Positions 63,253 to 64,000 of a DNA stretch of 64,000 nucleotides are shown here, piece after piece. The position numbers and the translations under genes were made by a program. The DNA comes from Malacoraja senta (lineage: Eukaryota): NCBI GenBank assembly GCA_038087875.1, contig CM075997.1, positions 1,614,001-1,678,000 on the forward strand, read 5' to 3'. Position 1 is the first letter of the stretch, and the number at the start of each line of letters is the position of its first letter. The notes under the pieces are model-generated. The model was not told the origin of the DNA. It saw only the letters and a list, made by a program, of their open reading frames with translations, and ran no database searches.

Positions 63253-63889
63253 TTTGTTTTGGCATATGGACACTTGAATGCTGCCAGCTTCCAATGTGTC
63301 TTATTAGTGCTTATTAATTTATTTCATACAGCATGGAAATAGGCCCTTTGCCCCAATTTGTCCATGCCGACTAAGGTGTCTTCCTGAGCTAGTCCCATTT
63401 GACTCAAATCCCTCTAATCCTTTCCTGTCCATATATTTGTCCAAATTTAAGCATAGTAATTGTGCCTGCCTCTACCACTTCCTCTGGCATGTGGGGAGAA
63501 TAAAATGGAATTGGTGTAAATGGTAAGCGCAGACCTGTCGGCCAGTAACCTGTTTCCTTGCTGTATGGTGTTTGCACTCTGGAAATTATACAAGCATAGT
63601 TTGGAAAGAAAGCACTGGTAACTTTGCTTGATATACATTCTCAATTCCAGTCCTGAGCTAAATCAGCAAAGACCAGGATTCCAACCTAAAACCCTTTGTC
63701 ATTTTTTAACTTCACAGCGAGATGTACAAATTAAGCCATTTCAAAAGTCTGGTTTTAATTTTGTCAGTGAAGACGCCGCAATGTGCAATCTTTTTGAGAC
63801 ATTAAGATTTTTTATCTGATGCAGATATATTAAAATATACAGGAAATCCGATATCTACTCAGGATGGTTTTGTACCCTGTTTATTTTTG

Positions 63890-64000
63890 CGTTAGAGAAA
63901 CTGCGCGGAAACAGACACACCGAGTCCACGCCGACCAGCGATCCCTGTACACTAACCGACACACCAGGGACAATTTACAATCTTTACCGAAGGCAATTGA
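63890..64000 (-). mobile_element. HE1-type SINE tail (partial, runs off the window)
   Basis: ccgagtccacgccgaccagcgatccc...gggacaatttaca. Confidence 0.75.

Overview
Vertebrate genomic DNA, almost certainly from an elasmobranch (probably a skate or ray, inferred from the repeat content). The window holds part of ARHGAP35 (p190A RhoGAP/GRLF1) on the + strand. It contains the giant first coding exon (acceptor 5189, ATG 5380, donor 9093), a 145-nt exon (31160-31304) and a 78-nt exon (61403-61480) carrying the RhoGAP arginine finger. The promoter/first exon and the 3' exons lie outside the window. The introns (about 22 kb and 30 kb) are full of HE1-type tRNA/V-SINEs, CR1/HER1-, L2- and Rex1-like LINE fragments, two Harbinger-like MITEs and two hAT-like elements with unusual 5-bp and 7-bp target duplications. 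The most striking non-genic signal is a very abundant short element derived from a Penelope-like (GIY-YIG) retroelement terminal repeat. It carries a minimal hammerhead-ribozyme core (CTGAnGA-A-GGGT-loop-ACCC-GAAACGTH) and often inserts as fold-back inverted pairs with 9-17 bp target duplications. Also notable are three uORFs in the ARHGAP35 5' UTR and an open reading frame across a predicted back-splice junction. All assignments were made by eye, no database searches were run, and repeat boundaries are approximate.
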